NCBI GenBank assembly: GCA_001464585.1 | Contig: LNFF01000032.1 | Coordinates: 149,285 to 213,284, forward strand | Direction: 5' to 3' | From: Gammaproteobacteria bacterium Ga0077554 | GTDB taxonomy: Bacteria > Pseudomonadota > Gammaproteobacteria > Ga0077554 > Ga007554 | DNA: 64,000 bases | Part shown: in pieces, positions 1-8,914 of the stretch | Layout of the letters: each line of letters starts with the position of its first letter | How positions within the stretch are numbered: the first letter of the stretch is position 1 | Made by a program: the position numbers and the translations under genes | The notes under the pieces: generated by a model | What the model saw: the letters and a program-made list of their open reading frames with translations, nothing else | What the model was told of the DNA's origin: nothing | The model's database searches: none

Positions 1-1
1 T

Positions 2-559
2 TCATCTTCTCCGTTCCGGAAGGAATTGTTGCATCGCCTGGGTTTGCCATTTTCCGCAATCGCTCCTCAAGCCGATGAAACACCGTTGCCCGGCGAAAGT
101 GCGCAAGCACACGTGGCGCGGCTCGCCAGCGTCAAAGCGCATGCAATAGTGCGGCAGCATCCTCATGCGCTGATTATTGGCTCGGACCAAGTGGCGGTGC
201 TGGACGGCGAGATTATCGGTAAGCCTGGCGATCATCACACCGCCGTGCGGCAACTGGCCAAAGCATCCGGCAAACGCATGGAATTTCTCACCGGGCTATG
301 CCTGCTGAACAGCGCCACACACCGCATGCAGGTTGATGTAATTCCATTCTCCGTGGTGTTTCGCGTGCTCAGTGCCGCGCAGATTGAGCGTTACCTGCAT
401 CATGAGAAACCTTATAATTGCGCAGGCTCGTTCAAGTCAGAAGGCTTGGGTATTGCGTTGTTTGACAAACTGGAAGGCGATGACCCCACCGCGCTGGTCG
501 GCTTGCCATTAATCAGCCTGGTGCGCATGCTGGAACAGGAAAATGTGCATGTTATTTGA
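2..559 (+). CDS. yceF: Maf-family nucleotide pyrophosphatase, YceF type (5' end outside window)
   Basis: Frame open from base 2 (SSSPFRKELL); DETP, IIGSDQV, GKP and CAGSFKSEGLG motifs. Confidence 0.85.
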   Translation, partial: SSSPFRKELLHRLGLPFSAIAPQADETPLPGESAQAHVARLASVKAHAIVRQHPHALIIGSDQVAVLDGEIIGKPGDHHTAVRQLAKASGKRMEFLTGLCLLNSATHRMQVDVIPFSVVFRVLSAAQIERYLHHEKPYNCAGSFKSEGLGIALFDKLEGDDPTALVGLPLISLVRMLEQENVHVI

Positions 560-590
560 TATACTGCATTCCTTTCAGAACTGAACCCCC

Positions 591-1520
591 ATGCAGAAAT
601 TTTCAAAATGGCTGTGGCGCATCGCCACCTTGGTTTTCATCGCCATATTATTTTATCAAGGCTGGCTTTATTGGCAAGTGTCACGTCTTGACACGAAAAA
701 CCCCCAAGATACATCAATGATGCAGGCACGCCTGGCAGAAAAGAAGTCTGCGGGCAGGCCCGCTAACATCGACTACCGCTGGGTGCCGATGAAAAAGATC
801 TCGCGTTATTTGCAACGCGCCATCATCGCTTCTGAAGATGCCACTTTTTACAGTCATGAAGGTTTTGACTGGGAAGGCATTAAAGTCGCCGCCGAGAAAA
901 ATCTCAAGAAAGGCAAAATTGTGGCGGGTGGCAGCACCATCAGCCAGCAGCTTGCTAAAAATCTTTTTCTGTCTACCCAGCGCACGCCGTGGCGCAAGGC
1001 AGAGGAAGCTATCGTCACTGTGATGCTGGAAAACAGTCTCAGCAAACAGCGCATTTTTGAAATCTATTTGAATGTGATTGAATGGGGCGATGGCGTGTTT
1101 GGCGCGGAAGCGGCCGCGCGTCATTATTTCAAGAAATCCGCCGCCAGCCTCACACCCCGCGAAGCCGCATGGTTAGCGGCGATCGTGCCTAATCCACGTT
1201 ATTATGACAAACACCGCAGCCACCGCCGCGCCGCACGTAAATCCAATATCATTCTGGCACGCATGGCGGTGCGCTATGGCCGCGACTTCAATGCCGCACC
1301 GCGCGTGGTCGAGGCGCCGGCAACACCGGCGCCCGAGCTTACCTTGCCAGCAGAGCCAGAGCCATCTTCAGATGTCAGCACACCCGATAACAGCACACTG
1401 GATAACAGTACGTTGGCTGATCCAGCTACATCAGGCAATGAAGCATCTCCTGCGACAGAGATGCCGAGTCCCACACCACCGCCCGCTGCACCCATCCCGG
1501 AAAACATCCTGCCGGAATAA
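591..1520 (+). CDS. mtgA: Monofunctional peptidoglycan transglycosylase with Pro/Ser/Thr-rich C-terminal tail
   Basis: N-terminal TM; GT51 motifs SEDATF-HEG, GGSTISQQLAKNLFL, RKAEE, EIYLN. Confidence 0.9.
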   Translation: MQKFSKWLWRIATLVFIAILFYQGWLYWQVSRLDTKNPQDTSMMQARLAEKKSAGRPANIDYRWVPMKKISRYLQRAIIASEDATFYSHEGFDWEGIKVAAEKNLKKGKIVAGGSTISQQLAKNLFLSTQRTPWRKAEEAIVTVMLENSLSKQRIFEIYLNVIEWGDGVFGAEAAARHYFKKSAASLTPREAAWLAAIVPNPRYYDKHRSHRRAARKSNIILARMAVRYGRDFNAAPRVVEAPATPAPELTLPAEPEPSSDVSTPDNSTLDNSTLADPATSGNEASPATEMPSPTPPPAAPIPENILPE

Positions 1521-1544
1521 CGCCCATTTCACGACTCTACGTCC

Positions 1545-1577
1545 CTTAAGTTTGCGTTAAGCATCCTCATATATTAT
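1545..1577 (+). promoter_or_regulatory. PmrA/QseB-type direct-repeat box with downstream -10
   Basis: CTTAAG-N5-GTTAAG at 1545-1561, TATTAT at 1572-1577, upstream of a cluster encoding a QseB/PmrA-like regulator. Confidence 0.6.
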
Positions 1578-1631
1578 CTCTATCGTGGTCAGGCAGTGGG
1601 CCTTGCCATTAGATACTTAAGGAGATTTATT

Positions 1632-1982
1632 ATGAGCATAGCAAAAAAACATTTATTGATTAGCACCATGGTACTTGGCACCTTGATCGGCACGGTCGCA
1701 CTCGCTGACTCGGATCACCGCAAAAACACAAAGACCGTGTTCACACCTGCTGCGATCAGCTTAACCGATGCCATCCAAAAGGCCCAAGCGGCAGTGCCGG
1801 GTACGGTAGTAAGCGCCGAACTGGAAAATGAACGCGGCAAGGCCGTTTATCAGGTTGAAATCGCCAGCCTGAGTAAATCAGGCGAAACGACTGAGGTTTC
1901 GGTGGACGCCACCAATGGCGCCATACTAGCCAGCCGTGTCGACAAGGAAGATGATGATGAAGGTGGCGCGTCAGACAAATAA
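1632..1982 (+). CDS. Secreted PepSY-domain protein
   Basis: Signal peptide (VALA-D); ISLTDAI...GTVVSAELE...YQVEI...VDATNG; AAGGAG RBS before ATG 1632. Confidence 0.85.
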   Translation: MSIAKKHLLISTMVLGTLIGTVALADSDHRKNTKTVFTPAAISLTDAIQKAQAAVPGTVVSAELENERGKAVYQVEIASLSKSGETTEVSVDATNGAILASRVDKEDDDEGGASDK

Positions 1983-2000
1983 ACGCTTCCGTGAATAAAT

Positions 2001-2030
2001 CACGCCCGCCTGAAAACGGGCGTGCTTTTT
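2001..2030 (+). terminator. Rho-independent terminator
   Basis: CACGCCCG/CGGGCGTG stem followed by a T run. Confidence 0.65.
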
Positions 2031-2082
2031 CTTCATGAAATATCAATCCAACCTGGATGCTATCTAAAATAAGGAACACCCT

Positions 2083-2661
2083 GTGAAATACAACCAAACA
2101 ACACGCTGGCTGCATGCAGGCATCGCGCTGGGTGTCAGCGCACAATTGATTATCAGCCTGATCATGGATATACCAAAACCCGACCGCCCATTTACCGGCT
2201 TGGGTGCGACGGCATTTGAAGTCCATGAAATCACCGGCATGATCGTCGCGGCGCTGTTGTTAGTACATTGGCTGGCATTATTCTCCAACCATATCCCCCT
2301 TGGATTGGGCCATTTATTCCCTTGGTTTTCCAAGCAGCGGCTCTGTACCATGATCAGTGAAATCAAACGACAATGGACGCAGCGCCGTCTCGATGACACG
2401 CAGCAAGCCAGCGCGCTTGCAGGTGCGGTGCATGGCTTGGGACTATTAGTCACCACGCTCATGGCGATAACCGGTGTGGTGCTGTATTTCGGCATGGCGG
2501 AAAATGGCGCGATGCCGCCGCTGGTCAAAGACATCAAGGAAGTACACGAATTGACATCGAATCTGTTATGGGCTTACCTGATAAGTCATGCAGGCATAGC
2601 GATATTGCATCAATGGCTGGGACATCGTACTCTGGCGGATATGTTTAAGTTGGGAAAATAA
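2083..2661 (+). CDS. Cytochrome b561 / Ni-hydrogenase cytochrome b family membrane protein
   Basis: Four TM segments with His ligands (RWLH, EVHEITG, EVHE, SHAG). Confidence 0.8.
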   Translation: MKYNQTTRWLHAGIALGVSAQLIISLIMDIPKPDRPFTGLGATAFEVHEITGMIVAALLLVHWLALFSNHIPLGLGHLFPWFSKQRLCTMISEIKRQWTQRRLDDTQQASALAGAVHGLGLLVTTLMAITGVVLYFGMAENGAMPPLVKDIKEVHELTSNLLWAYLISHAGIAILHQWLGHRTLADMFKLGK

Positions 2662-2673
2662 CTCCATACCGCC

Positions 2674-3336
2674 ATGCGCTTATTAGTCATTGAAGATGAT
2701 CAAATGATCGGGGAAAGTCTCTGCCATGGCTTGCGTCAGGAAGGCTTTACCGTAGATTGGGTGCATGATGGCAAAGCAGCGGAATTAGCATTGGCGAATG
2801 ATGTCTATGCTTTGGCGCTACTCGATCTGGGCTTGCCGCGTAAATCCGGGCTGGAACTGCTCAAAGAGTTGCGCCAGCGCGACAACACGTTACCTGTCTT
2901 GATCATCACAGCGCGTGATTCTGTTGCCGACCGCGTGTCTGGGCTGAATAGTGGCGCGGATGATTATCTGGTTAAACCTTTTGACCTGCATGAACTGATT
3001 GCGCGCGTGCGGACATTACTGCGCCGTAATGCAGGACGCGCCCAATCCCTGCTGGTGTGCGGCACATTGAGCCTCGACCCGATTACGCATGAAGTCACCC
3101 ATCAGGGGAAAAATATCACACTGTCAGCGCGTGAATTCGCCTTGCTGTATACCTTGATGGAAAAACCGGGCGCCGTGCTGTCACGCGCGCAACTCGAAGA
3201 AAAGTTATATGGATGGAATGAAGAAGTAGAAAGCAATGCGGTGGAAGTGCATATTCATCACTTGCGTAAAAAACTGGGCACGGATGTCATCGGCAACGTG
3301 CGCGGCGTAGGTTACATGATCCTGAAAAAAACATGA
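2674..3336 (+). CDS. OmpR-family response regulator, QseB/PmrA-like
   Basis: IEDD, LLDLGLP, GADDYLVKPF, SNAVEVHIHHLRKK, VRGVGY. Confidence 0.9.
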   Translation: MRLLVIEDDQMIGESLCHGLRQEGFTVDWVHDGKAAELALANDVYALALLDLGLPRKSGLELLKELRQRDNTLPVLIITARDSVADRVSGLNSGADDYLVKPFDLHELIARVRTLLRRNAGRAQSLLVCGTLSLDPITHEVTHQGKNITLSAREFALLYTLMEKPGAVLSRAQLEEKLYGWNEEVESNAVEVHIHHLRKKLGTDVIGNVRGVGYMILKKT

Positions 3337-4646
3337 TTTCGATTCGCCGCCGGTTGCTATTATGGTCATTGCCCGCGCTGCTGGTCACCGGGCTGTTGGC
3401 AAGCATAGCGACCTATTTTGATGCGCGGGAAGAAGTCGACGAGCTATCCGATCAACACATGCGGCAAATAGCGTTGATATTATTGCAACAGATGTCGCGC
3501 CCGGATATACCCCACACCCTGCCTACGCCTGATGACACCGAAGAGGAAAGCCAATTAGTCACGCAACTGTGGGACAAAAATGGCACGCTGATCTATAGCT
3601 CGCTACGTGCGTTGCCCATGCCACACTACACTGCGCAGGGATTCATTACAGAAAATTGGCATGATCAACTGTGGCGAATCTACACAGCCCGTAACAACGC
3701 GCTCGCCGTGCAAGTCGCACAACCCATGCATGCCCGACAGGAAATAACCGCCGAAATTTCCTTGCGCATGTTGACGCCCATCGCCGTGCTGATCCCGACA
3801 TTGGCATTGGTAATCTGGATCGCCATTGGCCAAGGCCTGTCACCGTTGCGCCGCCTCACCAGTGAACTTGGCAGGCGTAATGCGCTTTCATTGCAACCCT
3901 TGCCTGTCGGTACCCTGCCCCTTGAGATTCAACCATTGGCAATGGCGCTCAATGATCTATTACACCGCCTGGATGACGCGCTGACGCATCAACGCCAGTT
4001 CATCGCCGATGCCGCCCATGAACTTCGCACGCCACTGACTGCCGTGAATCTGCAAGCACAAATTGTCGAACGTGCGCAAAACAGTGCGGAAAGCGCTGCC
4101 GCCATGCACACACTTAAACTCGGCATTGCACGCTCCATTCATCTGGCACAACAATTGTTGACTATGGCGCGACTGGAACCCGAGGCCGTGCAGCGCACCT
4201 TTGCTTTGGTTGACATGGAAACACTCGTAAAGCAAGTGCTGACTGACTATGCGCCTTTGGCACACGCGAAAAATATCGACTGCGGCCTGGCGCATAGCGA
4301 ACCTGCCAGCATCATGGGAGATGCGGACAGCCTGCGCATCCTGCTCGGCAATCTTGTCGACAATGCAATCCACCATACCCCTGCCGGTGGACGTATTGAT
4401 GTCAGCATCCACACCGATCACCAGCAGGTATTACTGGAAGTTCAGGATACGGGCTGCGGCATACCCGCCGAAGAACGCGCACGGGTATTTGACCGCTTTT
4501 ATCGCCGCATTGGCAACAATGCACCGGGCAGCGGCCTGGGTCTCGCCATTGTCAAACGCATTGCTGAACATCACCATGCGGAAATAATGCTGGGTGAAGG
4601 AATAGACCACACAGGATTGAAAGTAACGCTGAAATTTCCAATATAG
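3333..4646 (+). CDS. Sensor histidine kinase, QseC/PmrB-like
   Basis: Two TMs, HAMP, AAHELRTPL H-box, NLVDNA and G boxes; ATGA overlap with the regulator. Confidence 0.9.
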   Translation: MISIRRRLLLWSLPALLVTGLLASIATYFDAREEVDELSDQHMRQIALILLQQMSRPDIPHTLPTPDDTEEESQLVTQLWDKNGTLIYSSLRALPMPHYTAQGFITENWHDQLWRIYTARNNALAVQVAQPMHARQEITAEISLRMLTPIAVLIPTLALVIWIAIGQGLSPLRRLTSELGRRNALSLQPLPVGTLPLEIQPLAMALNDLLHRLDDALTHQRQFIADAAHELRTPLTAVNLQAQIVERAQNSAESAAAMHTLKLGIARSIHLAQQLLTMARLEPEAVQRTFALVDMETLVKQVLTDYAPLAHAKNIDCGLAHSEPASIMGDADSLRILLGNLVDNAIHHTPAGGRIDVSIHTDHQQVLLEVQDTGCGIPAEERARVFDRFYRRIGNNAPGSGLGLAIVKRIAEHHHAEIMLGEGIDHTGLKVTLKFPI

Positions 4647-4734
4647 AAACCCCTGAAAAACCCCTATTTTTCACGCTAATTCGTTACCAGATATTCTCAA
4701 TATAATCCTAAAAATGGCGTGATCTTCTGGGGAG

Positions 4735-4769
4735 ATGAGGATGGGCGCAGAGTTGCGCCACATCCTCAT
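4735..4769. terminator. Long hairpin between convergent genes
   Basis: ATGAGGATG-GGCGCA / TGCGCC-A-CATCCTCAT. Confidence 0.45.
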
Positions 4770-4781
4770 GTTGTAGTGGGG

Positions 4782-6044
4782 TTACGACCCACTGACACAG
4801 GCGCTGATCTGCGTCGGGGTTAATGGCTGGTACTGACAACCTGTGTCAGTACAGCTAAGGTTGTTCCATGCCATTCTGTTTTTTCCGCCGGTGAGTCCTT
4901 CAAGCCAGTCACGGAAGGTAGTCCCGCCCACGGTCTCTGTGGAATACATCGCAGTTGAACGCAGAATGGTGTGCGGGCAACCGGGGGCGATGTAGAAGCG
5001 GTAGTTAGGTGCGGCTGCTACGGTGTAGGAGTTGTTCAACATGCTGCTGGTCCAGGTGGCAAAGAGTTGTGGCGTGAGCTTATTCCACTGGCTCATATCG
5101 TCATCGTTGAGCATGATATTGTAGAACAAGGTCTGAACTGCGTCATGTACTGTGGTGTATTGTGAGAATCTGTCCTCGGGATAATGGTTGGTCAGTGCCG
5201 AATAGATAGCCGGCGTGAAGCTGCTGGCGGCGAGCACCGTGGTGGCCGTCATGCCGGGGACTGCTTGGGGCAAGTTGGCGGCGAAGTTCCAGGCAGAATT
5301 AGGGGGACGTATGGCTTCCTGCATCAGGCTCTCGGCGATCACACCGCTGCCACCATCAGCGAGAAGATAACCCTTTGCTCCAGGGAAAGCAGCCTTGATG
5401 TGGGCGTAGTTCAGCACCGCCCCATAGGCGCCCGCACTGGCGCCAGTGACCAATATCTTGCGTGGGTTATGCATCTTCCCTTCATGCATGAAATGACGCT
5501 TGAGCCACTTTCTGGCATAGAGGAAATTGTCGAAGCCGCGATGGCGGATGGTTTTGGTGACGCCGGGTGCAACCAGGTAAGTGGTATCTTTTGAACCGAA
5601 GTGAATGTCACCGGTGCAGTAAGGCAGATAGGCGACACTCCAGTCCCGATAGGGGTTGTCCGGATTATTCAGATTCAATACGCCATCTTGCAATAACGGG
5701 TTATTGGGCGGAAGATCATCAGAAGGAACATAGGCCGGCATGGCTGATTGCAATGAGGCGAGGCAGGTAGTGTTGTTCCAGCAGGCACCGCCACCGTTGA
5801 AGAAAATGACCAGCTTATCACTCTTGCCCTTTTTGAAATAGAACGAATAGTCATCGCCCTCGAAGGCGCAGCCTGGGTAAATCTCACGCTCCGCACCGTT
5901 GACCTTAACGGTGGCCTGCTGTGGCGCGCTGATGCGTTGCCAATCATTGCTGTCGGCACTGGCTGAACCAGTGTAGAAAAAGAGTGGTGCTAAAAGTGCG
6001 GTGAGACTTGCTGCTATGCTGAGTCTGTTCATGTAACCCCCCAT
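4782..6044 (-). CDS. Secreted pectinacetylesterase/Notum-family serine hydrolase
   Basis: Signal peptide; FNGGGACW, YLPYCTGDIHFG, nucleophile motif GASAG, C-terminal His (GCPHT). Confidence 0.75.
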   Translation of the reverse strand: MGGYMNRLSIAASLTALLAPLFFYTGSASADSNDWQRISAPQQATVKVNGAEREIYPGCAFEGDDYSFYFKKGKSDKLVIFFNGGGACWNNTTCLASLQSAMPAYVPSDDLPPNNPLLQDGVLNLNNPDNPYRDWSVAYLPYCTGDIHFGSKDTTYLVAPGVTKTIRHRGFDNFLYARKWLKRHFMHEGKMHNPRKILVTGASAGAYGAVLNYAHIKAAFPGAKGYLLADGGSGVIAESLMQEAIRPPNSAWNFAANLPQAVPGMTATTVLAASSFTPAIYSALTNHYPEDRFSQYTTVHDAVQTLFYNIMLNDDDMSQWNKLTPQLFATWTSSMLNNSYTVAAAPNYRFYIAPGCPHTILRSTAMYSTETVGGTTFRDWLEGLTGGKNRMAWNNLSCTDTGCQYQPLTPTQISACVSGS

Positions 6045-6224
6045 TCTCGTTGTTGTTGAGCGGGAACTCTAGCATAAAATTTACTGTGCCAGCATGTGAT
6101 TATTTCTTTCCATTAAAAAAATGAAACGGCGCATGATAAAAAATAAGCGTTTTATTAAGCCGCTTGAAACCGTAGCAAACGATAGCGAGCCTATATGTTC
6201 AAATAAAGCCCATAAACAGCATAG

Positions 6225-7070
6225 CTACTCTTTTCCATCGCCACGACGATTGATAGGATATTCGCCCGTCTTGCCGACGAACGGCAGCGCCAGCATCCAT
6301 AGCAACGTGAGCCGCTTCGGGTCACGAAACTGCGTGAGCCCGATGGTCATGCCTTCATGTCCCTGCTCCGGCTGGGCGCGATAGGTACCGAACAACCTGT
6401 CCCACCAGGGCAAGTTAAACCCAAAATTGCTGTTGGTCTCACGCGCGATCACCGAGTGATGTACACGGTGCATGTCGGGCGTGACGACGAAAAGTCGCAA
6501 CACCCTGTCAATCGCCACCGGAATACGCCAGTTGCTGTGGTTAAACATCGCCGTAGCATTTAACAACACTTCAAAGATTAACACCGCCAACACCGGTGGC
6601 CCAAGTACGCTTATCGCAGCCAGCTTGATCAGCATCGACACAATAATCTCGACAGGATGAAAACGCGCCCCGGTAGTTACGTCAAAATCCAGGTCTGCGT
6701 GGTGCATCATGTGCAACCGCCACAGTGCAGGCACTGCATGAAACATCACATGTTGCAGATAAATGACGAAATCGAGAACCACCACGGCGATCACCACCGC
6801 CAGCCAGTAAGGTATTTCAACATTATTCAACAACCCCCAGCCGCGCTCATCCGCCAGCAGCGCCATGCCCACCGCCGCCACTGGAAACAGCGCGCGCACC
6901 GTCAGCGTGTTGATAAATACAATACCCAGATTACCGAACCAGCGCATGCCCTTGGCGGTGGTCAGCGCGCGACGCGGCGCCAGCATCTCAGCCACGGCCA
7001 CCAGGATAAAAACCCCCAGAAAAACCCCCAGCCGTATCGCCGCCTCATGGCTCATCACAAACTCATTCAT
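6225..7070 (-). CDS. Sterol desaturase / fatty-acid hydroxylase family membrane protein
   Basis: His boxes HVMFH, HMMHH, HRVHH; SNFGFNLPWWDRLFGTY; likely start MNEFV at 7070. Confidence 0.85.
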   Translation of the reverse strand: MNEFVMSHEAAIRLGVFLGVFILVAVAEMLAPRRALTTAKGMRWFGNLGIVFINTLTVRALFPVAAVGMALLADERGWGLLNNVEIPYWLAVVIAVVVLDFVIYLQHVMFHAVPALWRLHMMHHADLDFDVTTGARFHPVEIIVSMLIKLAAISVLGPPVLAVLIFEVLLNATAMFNHSNWRIPVAIDRVLRLFVVTPDMHRVHHSVIARETNSNFGFNLPWWDRLFGTYRAQPEQGHEGMTIGLTQFRDPKRLTLLWMLALPFVGKTGEYPINRRGDGKE

Positions 7071-7166
7071 GTTTTTTATCCTACGCTCGCCTGGCACCCT
7101 CGCATCTTACAATCTATCCATGCTACATCTCAAACATTAAATTGACCCTTAAGATAGGTTATGTTC

Positions 7167-7304
7167 TGTCATTTCGACCGCAGGCGACCGCCATGGATGG
7201 CGGAAGGTAGAGCAACGCAGGAGCAGTTGCCGGGAGAAATCTTGAGCCTGAAACATTGTAGCAGCTCAACAGTATAAAGATTTCTCCCTGCGGTCGAAAT
7301 GACA
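7167..7304. repeat. TGTC-tagged REP-like inverted pair; left arm interrupted by a 49-bp insert
   Basis: TGTCATTTCGACCGCA[49 bp]GGGAGAAATCT ... AGATTTCTCCCTGCGGTCGAAATGACA. Confidence 0.85.
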
Positions 7305-7512
7305 GGGGGTTGTCATCGCCCCTATCATTTCAGGCGAAGAGAGGGATCTTGGTTTTGAGCGACAATTCACGACAGAACGCCTATTGGATTTTCCGGGTTG
7401 AAAACAAGCGGAACCAGGAGCCATGCCTATACTTTCTACTTTTTTTAGGCTAATCTTTACAAAAATGGATGGGGTAGAGGGCAGGTTATCGACTGTCCTT
7501 ACTGTTCAAAAC

Positions 7513-7558
7513 AAATAAAGGGCTTTGACCCCTTTATTTGGCTTTGACCCCTTTATTT
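7513..7558. repeat. Palindrome with tandemly duplicated right portion
   Basis: AAATAAAGGG-CTTTGAC-CCCTTTATTT followed by GGCTTTGACCCCTTTATTT. Confidence 0.7.
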
Positions 7559-7616
7559 ATACAACTATTCAAGCCTGACCATCGCCCTATTCACCACCAA
7601 CGCTCGCGACAAGAAA

Positions 7617-8753
7617 ATGAATCAAAGCACGCTGAACAAATTTCTCCTTTCGCGTAGCCTTTACTACTTAGCGAAGGAAAATCTCGTATCCCCGAGTGGA
7701 ATCCGGTTGTCAATCGCTTGCAACCTTCTTCAAGACTCAGTCGAATGCTTCCTGCTTGCGTTGTCTGAGCATGTAAATGCGGGAGTAGCACAACGAACCG
7801 ACTTCGACAAATACTTCGAACAAATCAATCAAAAGATCGCACCCCGCGAGTTACCTTTCAGAGCACGCCTCATTGCACTGAATAAGCTCCGCGTTAATTC
7901 GAAGCACTATGGGCTTGAACCATCAAAGTCGGAACTTGAACCGTTGCTAACCACAGTTTGGGAGTTCTTCGATGAGGTGATGAGTTCCAACTTTGGGAAA
8001 GCCTTCGCCACTATCAGTCTCGTAGATTTGCTACGCGACAATGAGAAGAAGGAATTCCTGCGACAAGCAGAGTCTGCATTTGATTCAGGGGACTACGCGA
8101 ACTGCTTAATCCTTTGCCGACAAGCTCTATTTGTTACCTTCGAGTGGCACTACGATGCTCGTAGGTTTCTTGAGGGAAAGAATGCACTTGGCTTGGCCTC
8201 GCTCGGCTCAAAAGTTCCCTACTTCGCAAGAGACCGAAAATATATTGAAGATAACGTAAAGGAACCGACAGACTTTCTGATCTACGATCACAAAGATCTT
8301 GAGATGGAGCTAATGAAGAATGGAGTGGATTCGGTTGCGTATTGGAACGTGTGGAGGCTCACCCCCGAGGTCTATCGTGCTAATAGAGATGCGCCATGGA
8401 TCGTCAAAAACGACTTTCGGAAACTTGATTCCGACGGAATCAAGGATCGTGCAGAATATGTGCTCCTCACGACCACTGATGTCCTACTCACGGCTGATCA
8501 GAAGCAGAGCCGCACGCGCAGCCCTGATTACCGCCGCTACTATCTAACGCTAAAACGGGATGCCGTGGCAGTTTATTCGAAGGCAAGTAAGTCGAGTCCA
8601 ATTGAACAAACAACGCCCACCGGAATTCGAAAGCTCTTCTGCGACTACAGCATCGCTGGTCTTGACGGTTCCGGAACATTCTGGCGCGTGGGGCACTGGG
8701 AAGAAGATGCACGCGTTAATGGGTTTGTCCATGAGGAAGATATTGACAGCTAA
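7617..8753 (+). CDS. Hypothetical protein with N-terminal HEPN-like region (RxxxxH) and possible C-terminal SH3b-like domain
   Basis: 378-aa ORF with codon usage unlike its neighbours; DSVECFL...RVNSKH; C-terminal VYSKASKSSP...FWRV...GFV. Confidence 0.6.
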   Translation: MNQSTLNKFLLSRSLYYLAKENLVSPSGIRLSIACNLLQDSVECFLLALSEHVNAGVAQRTDFDKYFEQINQKIAPRELPFRARLIALNKLRVNSKHYGLEPSKSELEPLLTTVWEFFDEVMSSNFGKAFATISLVDLLRDNEKKEFLRQAESAFDSGDYANCLILCRQALFVTFEWHYDARRFLEGKNALGLASLGSKVPYFARDRKYIEDNVKEPTDFLIYDHKDLEMELMKNGVDSVAYWNVWRLTPEVYRANRDAPWIVKNDFRKLDSDGIKDRAEYVLLTTTDVLLTADQKQSRTRSPDYRRYYLTLKRDAVAVYSKASKSSPIEQTTPTGIRKLFCDYSIAGLDGSGTFWRVGHWEEDARVNGFVHEEDIDS

Positions 8754-8847
8754 CAAAGGCATGGAGAGGGCTACACAGTTCGCGTCGGCTGAGCTTTGCA
8801 GAAGAGAAGGATCGGGCTTGCGTAGTTGTATTATTGGGGTTATCCAG

Positions 8848-8883
8848 CATCGCCATCTCATGGTTCATAACAAATTCATTCAT
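8848..8883 (-). pseudogene. Duplicated 5' remnant of the sterol-desaturase-family gene
   Basis: Encodes MNEFVMNHEMAM versus MNEFVMSHEAAI at 7070-7035; similarity then stops. Confidence 0.75.
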
Positions 8884-8914
8884 GTTATCTACCCAATCAA
8901 ACAAAGCTCCCAAC

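Noticed and set aside
8747-8830. Complete attC site after the HEPN-like gene
   Set aside because: Only the 5' part resembles attC; no complementary GTTAG end was found
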